DNA of 45,764 nt. It comes from an uncultured Planctomycetales bacterium (GTDB lineage Bacteria > Omnitrophota > Gorgyraeia > Zapsychrales > Fredricksoniimonadaceae). Location of the stretch: contig CAZHGK010000005.1 of the NCBI GenBank assembly GCA_964532095.1, positions 1 to 45,764 of the forward strand, written 5' to 3'. A program made the translations under genes and the position numbers. A model generated the notes under the pieces. That model was not told the DNA's origin. It saw nothing but the letters and a program-made list of their open reading frames with translations, and did no database searches. This document shows, one piece after another, positions 20,365-28,892 of the stretch (position 1 is the stretch's first letter; every line of letters begins with the position of its first letter).

Positions 20365-21068
20365 AGGTTCATCTTTCTTTTTTTCACGAGTTCGGTGATT
20401 TTTTTAGGATTCTTTTCAAATTGCCCCTGGACAATTTTCTTGGGCCACAAAGCCCCAGTCGGGCAAACATCGACACATTTGCTACATGAGGTACATGTGG
20501 TAGATTCTCCCCATGGGGTATTAAAATCAGAAATGACCCTTGCCTTATACCCACGATTCATGATTCCCCAATTATGGGCCCCTTCCACCTCGGCACAGAC
20601 ACGCACGCACCGCGTACACAAAATGCAACGGTTCGGGTCCATCACAAACCAGGGATGAGAAGCATCCACATCACACTGTTGAAATAAATATGGGAAGCGG
20701 ACATGTTCCATTCCCACCTTGTATCCTAAATCCTGTAGTTCACAATTATTGTTTGCGACACAAACAGCACAAATATGATTACCTTCGGCAAAAATCATTT
20801 CCGTAATCATCTTGCGGTATCTTTTTAACTTATCCGTCTGGGTTAAGACCACTTGATTTTCTTGGACCTTGGTCGTGCACGTCGGTAAAAGTTTTGATAT
20901 CCCCTCAACTTCAACCAAGCATAAACGGCAAGCCCCAACATCGGTCAACCCATCAAAATGGCACATGGTGGGAATATCCACATTATTTTCCCGGCAAACT
21001 TCCAGCAATGTCTTGCCACTTTCTGTTTCAACCTTATTTCCATCAATTGTCAGTGTAATTTTTGCCAT
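20361..21068 (-). CDS. hoxU: diaphorase Fe-S subunit HoxU (NuoG N-terminal-like)
   Basis: 2Fe-2S ferredoxin domain (ITLTIDGNKV...CRLC) plus 4Fe-4S motifs (CILCTRCVRVC, CTSCSKCVDVCPTGA). The ATG at 21068 has a GGAGAAGG SD sequence and clears the hoxF stop. Confidence 0.9.
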   Translation of the reverse strand: MAKITLTIDGNKVETESGKTLLEVCRENNVDIPTMCHFDGLTDVGACRLCLVEVEGISKLLPTCTTKVQENQVVLTQTDKLKRYRKMITEMIFAEGNHICAVCVANNNCELQDLGYKVGMEHVRFPYLFQQCDVDASHPWFVMDPNRCILCTRCVRVCAEVEGAHNWGIMNRGYKARVISDFNTPWGESTTCTSCSKCVDVCPTGALWPKKIVQGQFEKNPKKITELVKKRKMNL

Positions 21069-21090
21069 ACCTTCTCCTCTGGGTACAAAC

Positions 21091-22749
21091 TTAATGAGCA
21101 ATTTTTTCTTTTACCGGGTTATTGACATAATTTTCGTACTCATGCCTGAAGTATTTTAACGTACTTAATAATGGGTTTGGTGCTGACATCCCCAAACCAC
21201 ACAGGCTGGTTTCCTTAACTAAAAAAGCCAACTCTTCTAATTTCTTTAAATCTTCAGGCGTTGCTTGACGCGCACAGATCTTAGTTAACAGGTCATACAT
21301 CATCTTAGTGCCCACCCTGCAGGGAACACATTTGCCGCATGACTCATCCATACAAAATTCCATGAAAAACTTAGCCACATCCACCATGTCCGAAGTATCA
21401 TCCATAACAATCAGACCACCTGACCCCATGATGGAACCTAAGGCCACCAAGGATTCATAATCGACTTTTACGTCGAGGAATTCCTTAGGAATGCACCCTC
21501 CAGAAGGCCCTCCTGTTTGGGCTGCCTTAAAATCACGTCCCCCTGGAATTCCTCCTCCAATATCAAAGACAATTTCCCTTAAGGAAGTCCCCATGGGCAC
21601 TTCAATTAATCCTGAATAATTAATTTTTCCTGCCAGAGCAAACACCTTGGTTCCGGCACTCTTTGGGGTACCAATATCGCTATACCATTCCCCACCATTT
21701 TTTATAATGGGGGTAATTGAGGCGAAGGTTTCCACATTATTAATCAATGTCGGCTTCCCCCATAACCCTACTTCAGCAGGAAAAGGTGGCCGGGGGCGCG
21801 GCGTTCCTCGCTTTCCTTCAATAGAGGCAATTAATGCTGTCTCTTCTCCACAGACAAACGCCCCGGCACCAATTCGAATTTCCACATCAAAATTAAACGT
21901 ACTTCCTAAGATACTTGTTCCTAATAAGCCCAATTTCCTGGCTTGTTTAATAGCCATTTCAAAACGTTTAATGGCCAGTGGATATTCCCCGCGGATGTAA
22001 ACAAAACCCTGGCTAGCTCCGACGGCATAACCCGCAATGGCCATGCCTTCTAACACACGATGGGGATTCCCTTCCAAAACGCTGCGGTCCATAAACGCGC
22101 CAGGATCACCTTCATCCCCATTACAAATGATATATTTCTGGTCAGCCACATATTTGTAAACCGTTTCCCACTTAATGCCCGTCGGGAAACCTGCACCGCC
22201 CCTGCCACGCAAACGGCTATGCTTAATCTCTGCAATCACCTCTTCACTGGACATTTGAAATAAAACCTTATCCAGAGATTTATAACCTCCATTGACAATA
22301 AAATCCTCAATAAATTCAGAGTTAATATCGCCGCAATTCCTTAAAACAATCTTCATTTGCTTCTTAAAAAATGGATCTTGCGATGAATCTAGAAACACCT
22401 TTTCTCTCGAATCAACAAACAAGACCTTGGCTTCAATTGGCTTCTTTTCAATAATTTGGCTTTGCACGATGGGAACAACATCTTCCTCTTTAATTTTTTG
22501 ATAAATTGTATTTTCCGGCATCACCTTAACAAGAGGCCCTTGGTTGCAAGGCCCCATGCAGCCTGTAGGAATGACTTCTACTTCATTTTCCAAACCTTTT
22601 TCTTTAACTTCGCTTTGAAGTTTCTTTAACACTGCCTCTCCACCGGACGTTAAACAGCTTGCCCCACAGCACACACAAACTTTTTGCTTAAATTGGCTTT
22701 TCTTGGCCGCCACTTGGTCGGCAATTGTTTTTAGGTCTTGACGATTCAT
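21091..22749 (-). CDS. hoxF: diaphorase NAD(P)H/FMN-binding subunit HoxF (NuoF-like)
   Basis: 552 aa. N-terminal thioredoxin-like 2Fe-2S domain, [17 protein letters not shown] site, [10 protein letters not shown] 4Fe-4S site. Confidence 0.92.
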   Translation of the reverse strand: MNRQDLKTIADQVAAKKSQFKQKVCVCCGASCLTSGGEAVLKKLQSEVKEKGLENEVEVIPTGCMGPCNQGPLVKVMPENTIYQKIKEEDVVPIVQSQIIEKKPIEAKVLFVDSREKVFLDSSQDPFFKKQMKIVLRNCGDINSEFIEDFIVNGGYKSLDKVLFQMSSEEVIAEIKHSRLRGRGGAGFPTGIKWETVYKYVADQKYIICNGDEGDPGAFMDRSVLEGNPHRVLEGMAIAGYAVGASQGFVYIRGEYPLAIKRFEMAIKQARKLGLLGTSILGSTFNFDVEIRIGAGAFVCGEETALIASIEGKRGTPRPRPPFPAEVGLWGKPTLINNVETFASITPIIKNGGEWYSDIGTPKSAGTKVFALAGKINYSGLIEVPMGTSLREIVFDIGGGIPGGRDFKAAQTGGPSGGCIPKEFLDVKVDYESLVALGSIMGSGGLIVMDDTSDMVDVAKFFMEFCMDESCGKCVPCRVGTKMMYDLLTKICARQATPEDLKKLEELAFLVKETSLCGLGMSAPNPLLSTLKYFRHEYENYVNNPVKEKIAH

Positions 22750-23264
22750 GAATGGACTCCTGTTTTTACTGTAATCTTCGTTTCAATATCGGCGGCAGTA
22801 ACCTTGGCCATGACTTCATCATCGACCACAACAGCTGGGGCCAAACCACACGCCCCAATGCACCGGGCAACCTGTAGGCCTAATTTATTGTCTGGTGTTA
22901 CATTTCCAGGCTTAATATGAAAACTTTTCTCAATAGAATCAAGAATGGCTTGGGCTCCTTTGACATAACATGCCGTTCCAGTACAAACCAGACAGGTATG
23001 ATCCCCTTTTGATTTTAAAGAGAAAAAATGATAAAACGTGACTGTTGAATATACGCGGCTTGGTGGAACCTTCAGGGATTTGGTAATAAATGCCAGTACA
23101 TTCATGGGCAAATAGCCATAGGCATTTTGTGCCGTATGAAGAATTTCAATAAGGGCATCCGGCCTGTAATTCTCTTTCTTCATCTTGGCAGTAATTAATT
23201 TCACCCGAGGATCTGTCTTGGGCAACTCAACATCTAAAATATTTCTCTTCTTTGTTTTGATCAT
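22746..23264 (-). CDS. hoxE: diaphorase 2Fe-2S subunit HoxE (NuoE-like)
   Basis: [10 protein letters not shown]...CIGACGLAP cluster motif. The start at 23264 (MIKTKK) avoids overlap with the upstream permease gene. Confidence 0.88.
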   Translation of the reverse strand: MIKTKKRNILDVELPKTDPRVKLITAKMKKENYRPDALIEILHTAQNAYGYLPMNVLAFITKSLKVPPSRVYSTVTFYHFFSLKSKGDHTCLVCTGTACYVKGAQAILDSIEKSFHIKPGNVTPDNKLGLQVARCIGACGLAPAVVVDDEVMAKVTAADIETKITVKTGVHS

Positions 23265-23278
23265 AACGATTCCTTCAA

Positions 23279-24001
23279 TTAAAGATTTTGTGCCAGCGCC
23301 CATTGAAGCCCATCAGGAAGTTGGCTTGCCAGGGGAATTAACAATACTGCTCCGAAACAACACAAGGCTATACGTAAAGCTAAAACATGTTTCTTGTCTG
23401 TGTTCAATGCTTGTTCTAATATACTGCACAAGACAACTGATAAAACAGCTTCGCTTCCCGCGATCAATATATGAACAGGCATCATGCTTCTAAACATTGG
23501 CCCAAAAGCAACGGCACCAGATAAGGACACTTCTATAGTGCAGGCAAAAGCTGCTAAGACCACAGAAACTATGGAAGCGATCGCTACTGAAATATTTCTT
23601 GAAGCTCCTCGGGCCTGTAAACTCATCATAAGCAATCCCCCAAGGCCAGCGCCAATCAACGACATATTTAATACATTCGCGCCTAAGGTATGGAGACTCC
23701 CATCCCCTAAAAACAAAGCTTGGGCCAATAATATTAATGCTAGCGACACAATCGCCCGGGGAACCCCTAAAAGACTGGCAGCGAGAACCCCTCCAATGAG
23801 ATGTCCTGAAGTACCGTGCGTTACTGGAAAATTAAGCATTTGGGAAATAAAAATAAAGACTGTCACCCCTATCCAACGCATCAGAGATACCTGATCATTA
23901 GACTTGCTTGCGAAATAAATTGCAGAACCGACGCCGGCTAAGCTAACCGCCAAGGTGACGGGACAAATATTGCCATGTAACATGTGTTGAGGAATATGCA
24001 T
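23279..24001 (-). CDS. CbiM/NikM-family metal (Ni/Co) uptake permease-like protein
   Basis: 240 aa. N-terminal MHIPQHML (compare MHIPDG of CbiM/NikM), about 6 TM helices, C-terminal LPDGLQWA resembling a PDGLE tail. First gene of the hox transcription unit. Confidence 0.7.
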   Translation of the reverse strand: MHIPQHMLHGNICPVTLAVSLAGVGSAIYFASKSNDQVSLMRWIGVTVFIFISQMLNFPVTHGTSGHLIGGVLAASLLGVPRAIVSLALILLAQALFLGDGSLHTLGANVLNMSLIGAGLGGLLMMSLQARGASRNISVAIASIVSVVLAAFACTIEVSLSGAVAFGPMFRSMMPVHILIAGSEAVLSVVLCSILEQALNTDKKHVLALRIALCCFGAVLLIPLASQLPDGLQWALAQNL

Positions 24002-24088
24002 TTTTACTCTCCTTTTTATGTCTTAAAAGCGATAATACGAGCATATCTCAATAAATTGTTTGTCCTAAGTCGGATTTTATTATAGAAT

Positions 24089-24110
24089 CGATAAGATTTG
24101 CTTATGGATG
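24089..24110. promoter_or_regulatory. candidate LysR box (ATAAG-N5-CTTAT, T-N11-A type), copy 1
   Basis: CGATAAGATTTGCTTATGGATG lies in the divergent lysR / permease-hox intergenic region, 88-109 nt upstream of the permease start. It matches 25819-25840 at 20 of 22 positions. Confidence 0.5.
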
Positions 24111-24117
24111 GGAAAAT

Positions 24118-25008
24118 ATGATCAATCTCTTCTTTATAAAGACTTTCATTGCCGTGGCTCAAACCGGGTCATTTAGGTTAGCCGCCGAAAAAAACAATAT
24201 CACCCAACCAGCGGTATCCCAACATATCCTCTTATTGGAAAAAAAACTGCGCTGTACCCTATTTGAACGTTCTTCTAAAAAAATCGTCTTAACCGCAGAC
24301 GGCCAAATCTTTATGTCCTATGCCCAACAGATGCTGGAGCTTTATGACACGGCCAAGGCAAAGATTTCTGAAAACAACAATCGCTATATGGGCGTTATCC
24401 ATATCGTATCGATTTACACCATGGGGCTTTACCAATTAAAACCCATCATGCAGCATTTGCTTAAAAAATACCCTGGAATTACCATCAACTTGGAATACTG
24501 TTACCACGATGCGGTTTACGAAGCGATTAAAAAAGGAACTGCGGATTTTGGCCTTGTGGCTTACCCTAAGCCCATGGCAGGTTGCACGGTTAAGGTATTT
24601 GATGAGGAAGAATTAGTCTTAGTCCAGTCCCACAAACATAAATTTTTTAAAAAGAATCATGTCCAGCTCAAAAACCTAAATGGCCTCCCCTTTGTTGGGC
24701 TAGACACAAAAACCCCAACTGGGTTAGCTACGCAAAAATATTTACTTTCTAAAGGGGTTAAACTAAATTTAGTGAAGGAATATGAAAATATTGAAACCGT
24801 TAAGGATGCCATCGACGTTGGCATCGGCTATTCGGTGTTGCCCAAATCAACCATTACCCAAGAAATTAAGAATAAATCCTTCGATATCATCCAGGCCTCA
24901 GGACTAGATATTAAACGCCCCTTGGCCATTATTTACAGCAACAAAAAAGTATTTTTAAAATCCACCCGGCTTTTCTATGAAATGATCAATAAAAAGTATT
25001 CCAAATAG
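24118..25008 (+). CDS. LysR-family transcriptional regulator
   Basis: N-terminal HTH FIAVAQTGSFRLAAEKNNITQPAVSQHILLLEKKL plus a C-terminal substrate-binding domain. Divergent from the hox unit. Confidence 0.9.
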   Translation: MINLFFIKTFIAVAQTGSFRLAAEKNNITQPAVSQHILLLEKKLRCTLFERSSKKIVLTADGQIFMSYAQQMLELYDTAKAKISENNNRYMGVIHIVSIYTMGLYQLKPIMQHLLKKYPGITINLEYCYHDAVYEAIKKGTADFGLVAYPKPMAGCTVKVFDEEELVLVQSHKHKFFKKNHVQLKNLNGLPFVGLDTKTPTGLATQKYLLSKGVKLNLVKEYENIETVKDAIDVGIGYSVLPKSTITQEIKNKSFDIIQASGLDIKRPLAIIYSNKKVFLKSTRLFYEMINKKYSK

Positions 25009-25009
25009 A

Positions 25010-25726
25010 TTACGATACCTTTCTTTTATTTTTCTTCACCTTGGTTACAATCTGGGCGATGATTTGGATTACTTCTTTAGGTTCTAGCCGATCAACGTTG
25101 ATAATAGCATCGTAAAGTAACGGATCTTCGATATTCTTTCCAAAAAATCTTTCCAAATAATCTTTACGGGTTGCATCCTCGACATAAATATACTCCTTGG
25201 CCTCTTTTGCCAGCATCGGATAAAACTCTTCAATATGTTCAACACGTTTATCAAACGATGAAACCAATCGAATATGAATACCCCCTGCCAACTTAGCCGT
25301 AATCACATTCGAGGCCCTGCCCACTAAAATCACATGCCCTAGTTGAGCTAGATGCAAAATGGTCTTGACTGATTCCTTCACTAAAGCATTTTCCGTTGGA
25401 TGATAGTGAAAAATCTCGTTACTGATATCCTGAATTTGCTTAACCTTATCTTTTGGCAAATATGGAAGAGCTGTTTCTGCCAACTTATATTCCTCCCTCA
25501 CCTTTTTGAGTAACCCCTCATCAAACACGGCCCACGGTTGCTTGCTTTTACGATCTTGTTTCATAAGGCATTCACAAAGACCTTTCGAAATCGTGATCCC
25601 ATAGGCCCCTGTTTGTCGAGAAATGGTAACAAATGGAGCAACCTCCTCTGTATTTGCTGACGGATTTTTCAAAGCTTGAAGTTTAGCTTTAATAAACGAA
25701 GCATAATTATTCACCAATTCATTCAT
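25010..25726 (-). CDS. cytidylate-kinase-like family protein (P-loop kinase fold, degenerate)
   Basis: 238 aa. ITISRQTGAYG in place of a P-loop and overall resemblance to the cytidylate_kin2-type family. Convergent with lysR. Confidence 0.55.
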   Translation of the reverse strand: MNELVNNYASFIKAKLQALKNPSANTEEVAPFVTISRQTGAYGITISKGLCECLMKQDRKSKQPWAVFDEGLLKKVREEYKLAETALPYLPKDKVKQIQDISNEIFHYHPTENALVKESVKTILHLAQLGHVILVGRASNVITAKLAGGIHIRLVSSFDKRVEHIEEFYPMLAKEAKEYIYVEDATRKDYLERFFGKNIEDPLLYDAIINVDRLEPKEVIQIIAQIVTKVKKNKRKVS

Positions 25727-25818
25727 ATGACATTCCTTTCCAGACGTCCTTAAGCTGAATTATAAATTAAGTATATATCATCCTCACCTTAAATGGTTGT
25801 CGCATTATTTTATTTTAA

Positions 25819-25840
25819 CGATAAGATTTACTTATTGATG
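25819..25840. promoter_or_regulatory. candidate LysR box, copy 2
   Basis: CGATAAGATTTACTTATTGATG lies 93-114 nt upstream of the kinase-like gene. It has the same orientation and nearly the same spacing as copy 1 has to the permease gene. Confidence 0.45.
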
Positions 25841-25855
25841 AAAATGATGGTGGGC

Positions 25856-25892
25856 ATAAAAAATCCCCCGCATACTATTACCTATGGGGGGG
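25856..25892 (-). terminator. orphaned intrinsic terminator of the ancestral tRNA-Ser
   Basis: The minus strand reads CCCCCCCATAGGTAATAGTATGCGGGGG followed by ATTTTTTAT, directly downstream of the left 19-bp tRNA-3'-end repeat. Confidence 0.6.
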
Positions 25893-25895
25893 AAA

Positions 25896-25914
25896 CGGAG
25901 AGGGAGAGATTCGA
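25896..25914. repeat. attL-type direct repeat (copy of the tRNA-Ser 3' end)
   Basis: CGGAGAGGGAGAGATTCGA is identical to 30955-30973. The flanking bases differ on both sides. Confidence 0.85.
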
Positions 25915-26039
25915 TTAAGGCGTTTTTCGAACTATTTAAAAAGAAACGAACTATGATGTAACTGCTTTATTGCTAACATCTTGACCATTCTTTCGTTTCC
26001 ATCTCTTTCCCCGCCGTTACTCCCCTTTTTGTTCGACGA

Positions 26040-26060
26040 TGGGCACCTTTTGGGCACCAT
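26040..26060 (+). repeat. arm-type repeat pair (TGGGCAC x2, 11-bp spacing), left arm
   Basis: TGGGCACCTTTTGGGCACCAT matches 30862-30882 at 20 of 21 positions in the same orientation. It lies 126 bp inside the left att repeat. Confidence 0.55.
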
Positions 26061-26467
26061 TAACCTTCTATCCAAACATCATGAATCCATGTTGCTAGAT
26101 CGGACCATTTCTCATTTGAAAATCCATTATGCGACCAATAAACAACTTCACCGTTCTTATTTAAACAATAATAATCACCATTGTCCTGACAAATTGGGAG
26201 TAAATCTTTAGCAATGCCTGCATCCCAACCTTCTTTTGCGACATTAATTAAATATAAACGATTATCTCTTATATCTAAATTGGCTGGTTCTAGCGTTCCA
26301 TATACCACGTCACTTGCATATAGCAGAAAATGACGATATTGATTAGGAAAAGTTATTCCTAAATCTTTCTCTGCCCTTACAACATCTTGTTCCTTTGGTA
26401 AAGTAAGTGGATTAGGAACATCTTCATTTAACTCTTTTAATTGGACTATTATTTCTTTTATATCCAT
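26060..26467 (-). CDS. SMI1/KNR4 (SUKH-1) family protein, immunity-protein-like
   Basis: 135 aa. LGITFPNQYRHFLLYAS, and the ...GDYYCLNKNGEVVYWSH pattern typical of SUKH domains. Confidence 0.7.
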   Translation of the reverse strand: MDIKEIIVQLKELNEDVPNPLTLPKEQDVVRAEKDLGITFPNQYRHFLLYASDVVYGTLEPANLDIRDNRLYLINVAKEGWDAGIAKDLLPICQDNGDYYCLNKNGEVVYWSHNGFSNEKWSDLATWIHDVWIEG

Positions 26468-26565
26468 GAAAAACCCCATGCCCGTCAATGCTACTAAGAT
26501 TTAAAAAATAAAAAATCTGCTTTGTTGTAAGTATAACACAAACAACACCGGGATAAATTCAAACC

Positions 26566-26769
26566 TCAAATATTTGCTGGCTTCATGCGCTTTCTCGCCT
26601 GTAACCATCTTTCCAAATCAGATTGCCTAAAACGGATCACTCCAGCGGAACCTCTGCTTTTATAGACCTTAAAATATGGAATATCCCCGCAATGAACCCA
26701 ATTATAAATGGTCTTAGGGCTCATTTGTAACAGTTCCCCCACTTCACGAATCTTTAAAAGTTTTTCCAT
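26566..26769 (-). CDS. excisionase / AlpA-type helix-turn-helix DNA-binding protein
   Basis: 67 aa. LKIREVGELLQMSPKTIYNWVHCGDIPYFKV...IRFRQSDLERWL. ATG at 26769 with a GGAGG SD sequence. Confidence 0.75.
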   Translation of the reverse strand: MEKLLKIREVGELLQMSPKTIYNWVHCGDIPYFKVYKSRGSAGVIRFRQSDLERWLQARKRMKPANI

Positions 26770-26931
26770 AAATCCTCCAAATCTTAGACATAACATAAAT
26801 ACAATCTATATTAAGATTCCAGAAGGATTTAATTTCTATATGTGGGGGAGAAATTAAAGGGGGATTCCTTGATACCTGCTAAATAAAATTTAGCACAAAC
26901 AAAAAATCTGTCAACAATTGCCTTGCAACCA

Positions 26932-26964
26932 ATAATTAGTGCAACGATCTGTTGCACTAATTAT
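26932..26964 (-). terminator. perfect 14-bp-stem hairpin at the end of the three-gene operon
   Basis: ATAATTAGTGCAAC-GATCT-GTTGCACTAATTAT overlaps the stop of the 150-aa ORF. A moderately T-rich tract follows on the minus strand. Confidence 0.5.
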
Positions 26965-27413
26965 CCAACAGCTTTTAAAATAACTTTTTCGTAATGTATT
27001 TTCTCAAATCTAAACGGACCAACTTGCTTAAATGAAGCCATATCAGTCATCTGAGGATCGTAGTCATTCTCATATCCAAACTCGGACCATTCAATTATTC
27101 CAGAAGACTCTGAAATTTTAATGGTAATAGCTCCACAGCCAATGTCTCCACACTCAGAGCAAACATATAACATGCATCGGCCATTTTCTAAATCTGGTGC
27201 TTGTTTTAGCTTGAAGACTTCGGCACTTTCCCGATTCAAAGCCAAGTTTTCTTCCTGTGAAAATCGTCCTACCATATCAAACTTAGAGGCTCCAAGCAAT
27301 TCATACAGTGATTGCCCATTCACAATGAAATCAATTGTATGACGTTCGTGTTTAACTGTCGAATCACCAGCACGATGAATAACACGTAAATCTAATTTAT
27401 CAGTTTTTTCCAT
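26961..27413 (-). CDS. hypothetical protein with CSECGDIGCG motif
   Basis: 150 aa with no enzymatic motif I recognise. Last gene of a tightly packed three-gene unit. Confidence 0.6.
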   Translation of the reverse strand: MEKTDKLDLRVIHRAGDSTVKHERHTIDFIVNGQSLYELLGASKFDMVGRFSQEENLALNRESAEVFKLKQAPDLENGRCMLYVCSECGDIGCGAITIKISESSGIIEWSEFGYENDYDPQMTDMASFKQVGPFRFEKIHYEKVILKAVG

Positions 27414-27445
27414 ATCCCATCCTCATTTAAACTTCTTCATAAATC

Positions 27446-27718
27446 TTAATCGTGATCATTTCTTTTAAATTTTACTTTAAGCAGGTAGCAATCTTTTAGT
27501 TTTTCCACATCCAAAACGGTGATTTTCCCACTCATATCTGGGTCTTCAACGAAACCATGTTTAGTTTGACACTCAAAATAAAAAGATGCTGATCCACTAC
27601 AAGAAGAACTGGAATGAAAATCGATGTAACCAATATCGATACTTCGAAGATTAAGAATTATATCTGAGCTCTTTCCATTTCTACCTTTCAAATATTTTGT
27701 TTCCATATTCTTCTCCAA
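27446..27718 (-). CDS. hypothetical small protein
   Basis: 90 aa. Separated by 5 nt from the upstream gene and 32 nt from the downstream gene. Confidence 0.5.
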   Translation of the reverse strand: MEKNMETKYLKGRNGKSSDIILNLRSIDIGYIDFHSSSSCSGSASFYFECQTKHGFVEDPDMSGKITVLDVEKLKDCYLLKVKFKRNDHD

Positions 27719-27723
27719 TATTC

Positions 27724-28698
27724 TTAAATCTTTAAATTTTCTTTTGTTTCTTTACTATATTTCTCTTTTACTTTCTTGAGGAAAAATATAATGTTGCCAT
27801 TTTCTTCTTTTTTCTCAAAATTTATTATTATTTGTGAACTATAAACACTTGGGTCAATTTTAGATTCCCCCTCGTATCTAGCTGTTAAAATTATTTGTAA
27901 CGCCACCGCTGCACTATTATTCTTTAACTTAGAAATATTAATTTCGGGAACAAAATTTGTTACAATGTTTCCCATTCCATCAGAGGATAATTGCCCCACT
28001 CCTTCGGGATTCTCAATCAATACTCCTGGTTGAATAGTGTCAATCCTTCCAGCCGAATCAATCCAAAAACTATCATATTTTAATTCAACGTTTTGAGCCG
28101 GTATTTTTCCCTTATTTATTAAATTAAAACTTAAATACATTTTCTCTTCATTGGAGTAAACAAAATAAAACATCCCGTTCTGTATTTTTATATTACCACC
28201 TGGTTTTAACCAAAAAACTAAATAAGGTCGGTATTCCATCTGAAGCGCTGCGATCTTATGTTCAGTGTTCTGTTTTTCGGTATTTGCTGATCTCTCTGCG
28301 CTGTTAAAGCCTAACCATGTAATAAATGCTATAAAAATAGTAGCTATAGCCATAAAAATATTGGTTAATTGTGGAATAAATCTGTCCGGATTCCATCTAA
28401 ACCAGATACTTGTAAAAAATGAAACAAAAGCAATTATCAAAAATAAATACTTAAATGAATGCTTTAAAACAATTACATTTGAGAAGCACATACAAAACAT
28501 ACAAATAAATACAAGCATACTTATAATTAAAAAAGGCTTGCTGCGGATGATTCTTTTGATTTTACTTAAATCTTGATTCATATTAAAAATATGTTTTGAA
28601 CAGAATTCATATCCATTTTTAGCATTATTCTTACAAGGATTGCCTTTTTGAGTCAAAGCTTTACATTTTGTATTATCGTTTGTAGTAGGAGTGTTCAT
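27724..28698 (-). CDS. hypothetical membrane protein with N-terminal Cys/His zinc-ribbon-like motif
   Basis: 324 aa. CKALTQKGNPCKNNAKNGYEFCSKH (C-x9-C-x11-C-x2-H), three TM helices, then a roughly 170-aa beta-rich C-terminal domain. Confidence 0.65.
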   Translation of the reverse strand: MNTPTTNDNTKCKALTQKGNPCKNNAKNGYEFCSKHIFNMNQDLSKIKRIIRSKPFLIISMLVFICMFCMCFSNVIVLKHSFKYLFLIIAFVSFFTSIWFRWNPDRFIPQLTNIFMAIATIFIAFITWLGFNSAERSANTEKQNTEHKIAALQMEYRPYLVFWLKPGGNIKIQNGMFYFVYSNEEKMYLSFNLINKGKIPAQNVELKYDSFWIDSAGRIDTIQPGVLIENPEGVGQLSSDGMGNIVTNFVPEINISKLKNNSAAVALQIILTARYEGESKIDPSVYSSQIIINFEKKEENGNIIFFLKKVKEKYSKETKENLKI

Positions 28699-28794
28699 AT
28701 TAAAAAGTTATTCAACAAACAAGGATGAGTCATATAAATTTAAAACACCTTGCCAACCTATCAGTTGGATTATATACTTTAAATAGCTTTTAAG

Positions 28795-28890
28795 GATCGG
28801 GGTGTCTCCCGGTCGAAATTTACCAAAGGTTCCGCCTCGATGACAAGGGCCCAAGGGGCCCTCTCGTAAGAGTAGTCGAGGCGGTCGCAT
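28795..28890. ncRNA. GC-rich multi-hairpin element immediately 3' of the DUF3800 CDS (candidate structured RNA)
   Basis: About 59% GC by hand count, against about 27% in the preceding 90 nt. It contains a 7-bp hairpin at 28795-28814 and a 9-bp enclosing helix (28832-28840 with 28876-28884) around GGGCCC-AAG-GGGCCC (28847-28861) and a small CTCT/AGAG hairpin. Two non-Watson-Crick positions are G-U on the plus strand but C-A on the minus strand. Confidence 0.4.
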
Positions 28891-28892
28891 TT

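Noticed and set aside
23484-23894. 136-aa plus-strand ORF opposite the CbiM/NikM-like gene
   Set aside because: It is antisense to a well-supported membrane-protein CDS. Its composition (Pro/Ala/Thr/Lys-rich) mirrors the reverse complement of hydrophobic codons.
25838-25921. 27-aa plus-strand ORF (MKMMVGIKNPPHTITYGGETERERFD) crossing the left att repeat
   Set aside because: It is created by the junction sequence and spans the orphaned terminator hairpin. Nothing supports it as coding.
25981-26211. 76-aa plus-strand ORF at the left islet end
   Set aside because: It overlaps the SMI1-like gene in antisense and spans the arm-type repeat. It has no RBS or motif.
28708-28890. 60-aa ORF (MRPPRLLLREGPLGPCHRGG...) downstream of DUF3800
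   Set aside because: It coincides with the GC-rich helices of element A and its N-terminal half is Arg/Pro/Gly-biased. A structured nucleic-acid element explains it better than a protein does.
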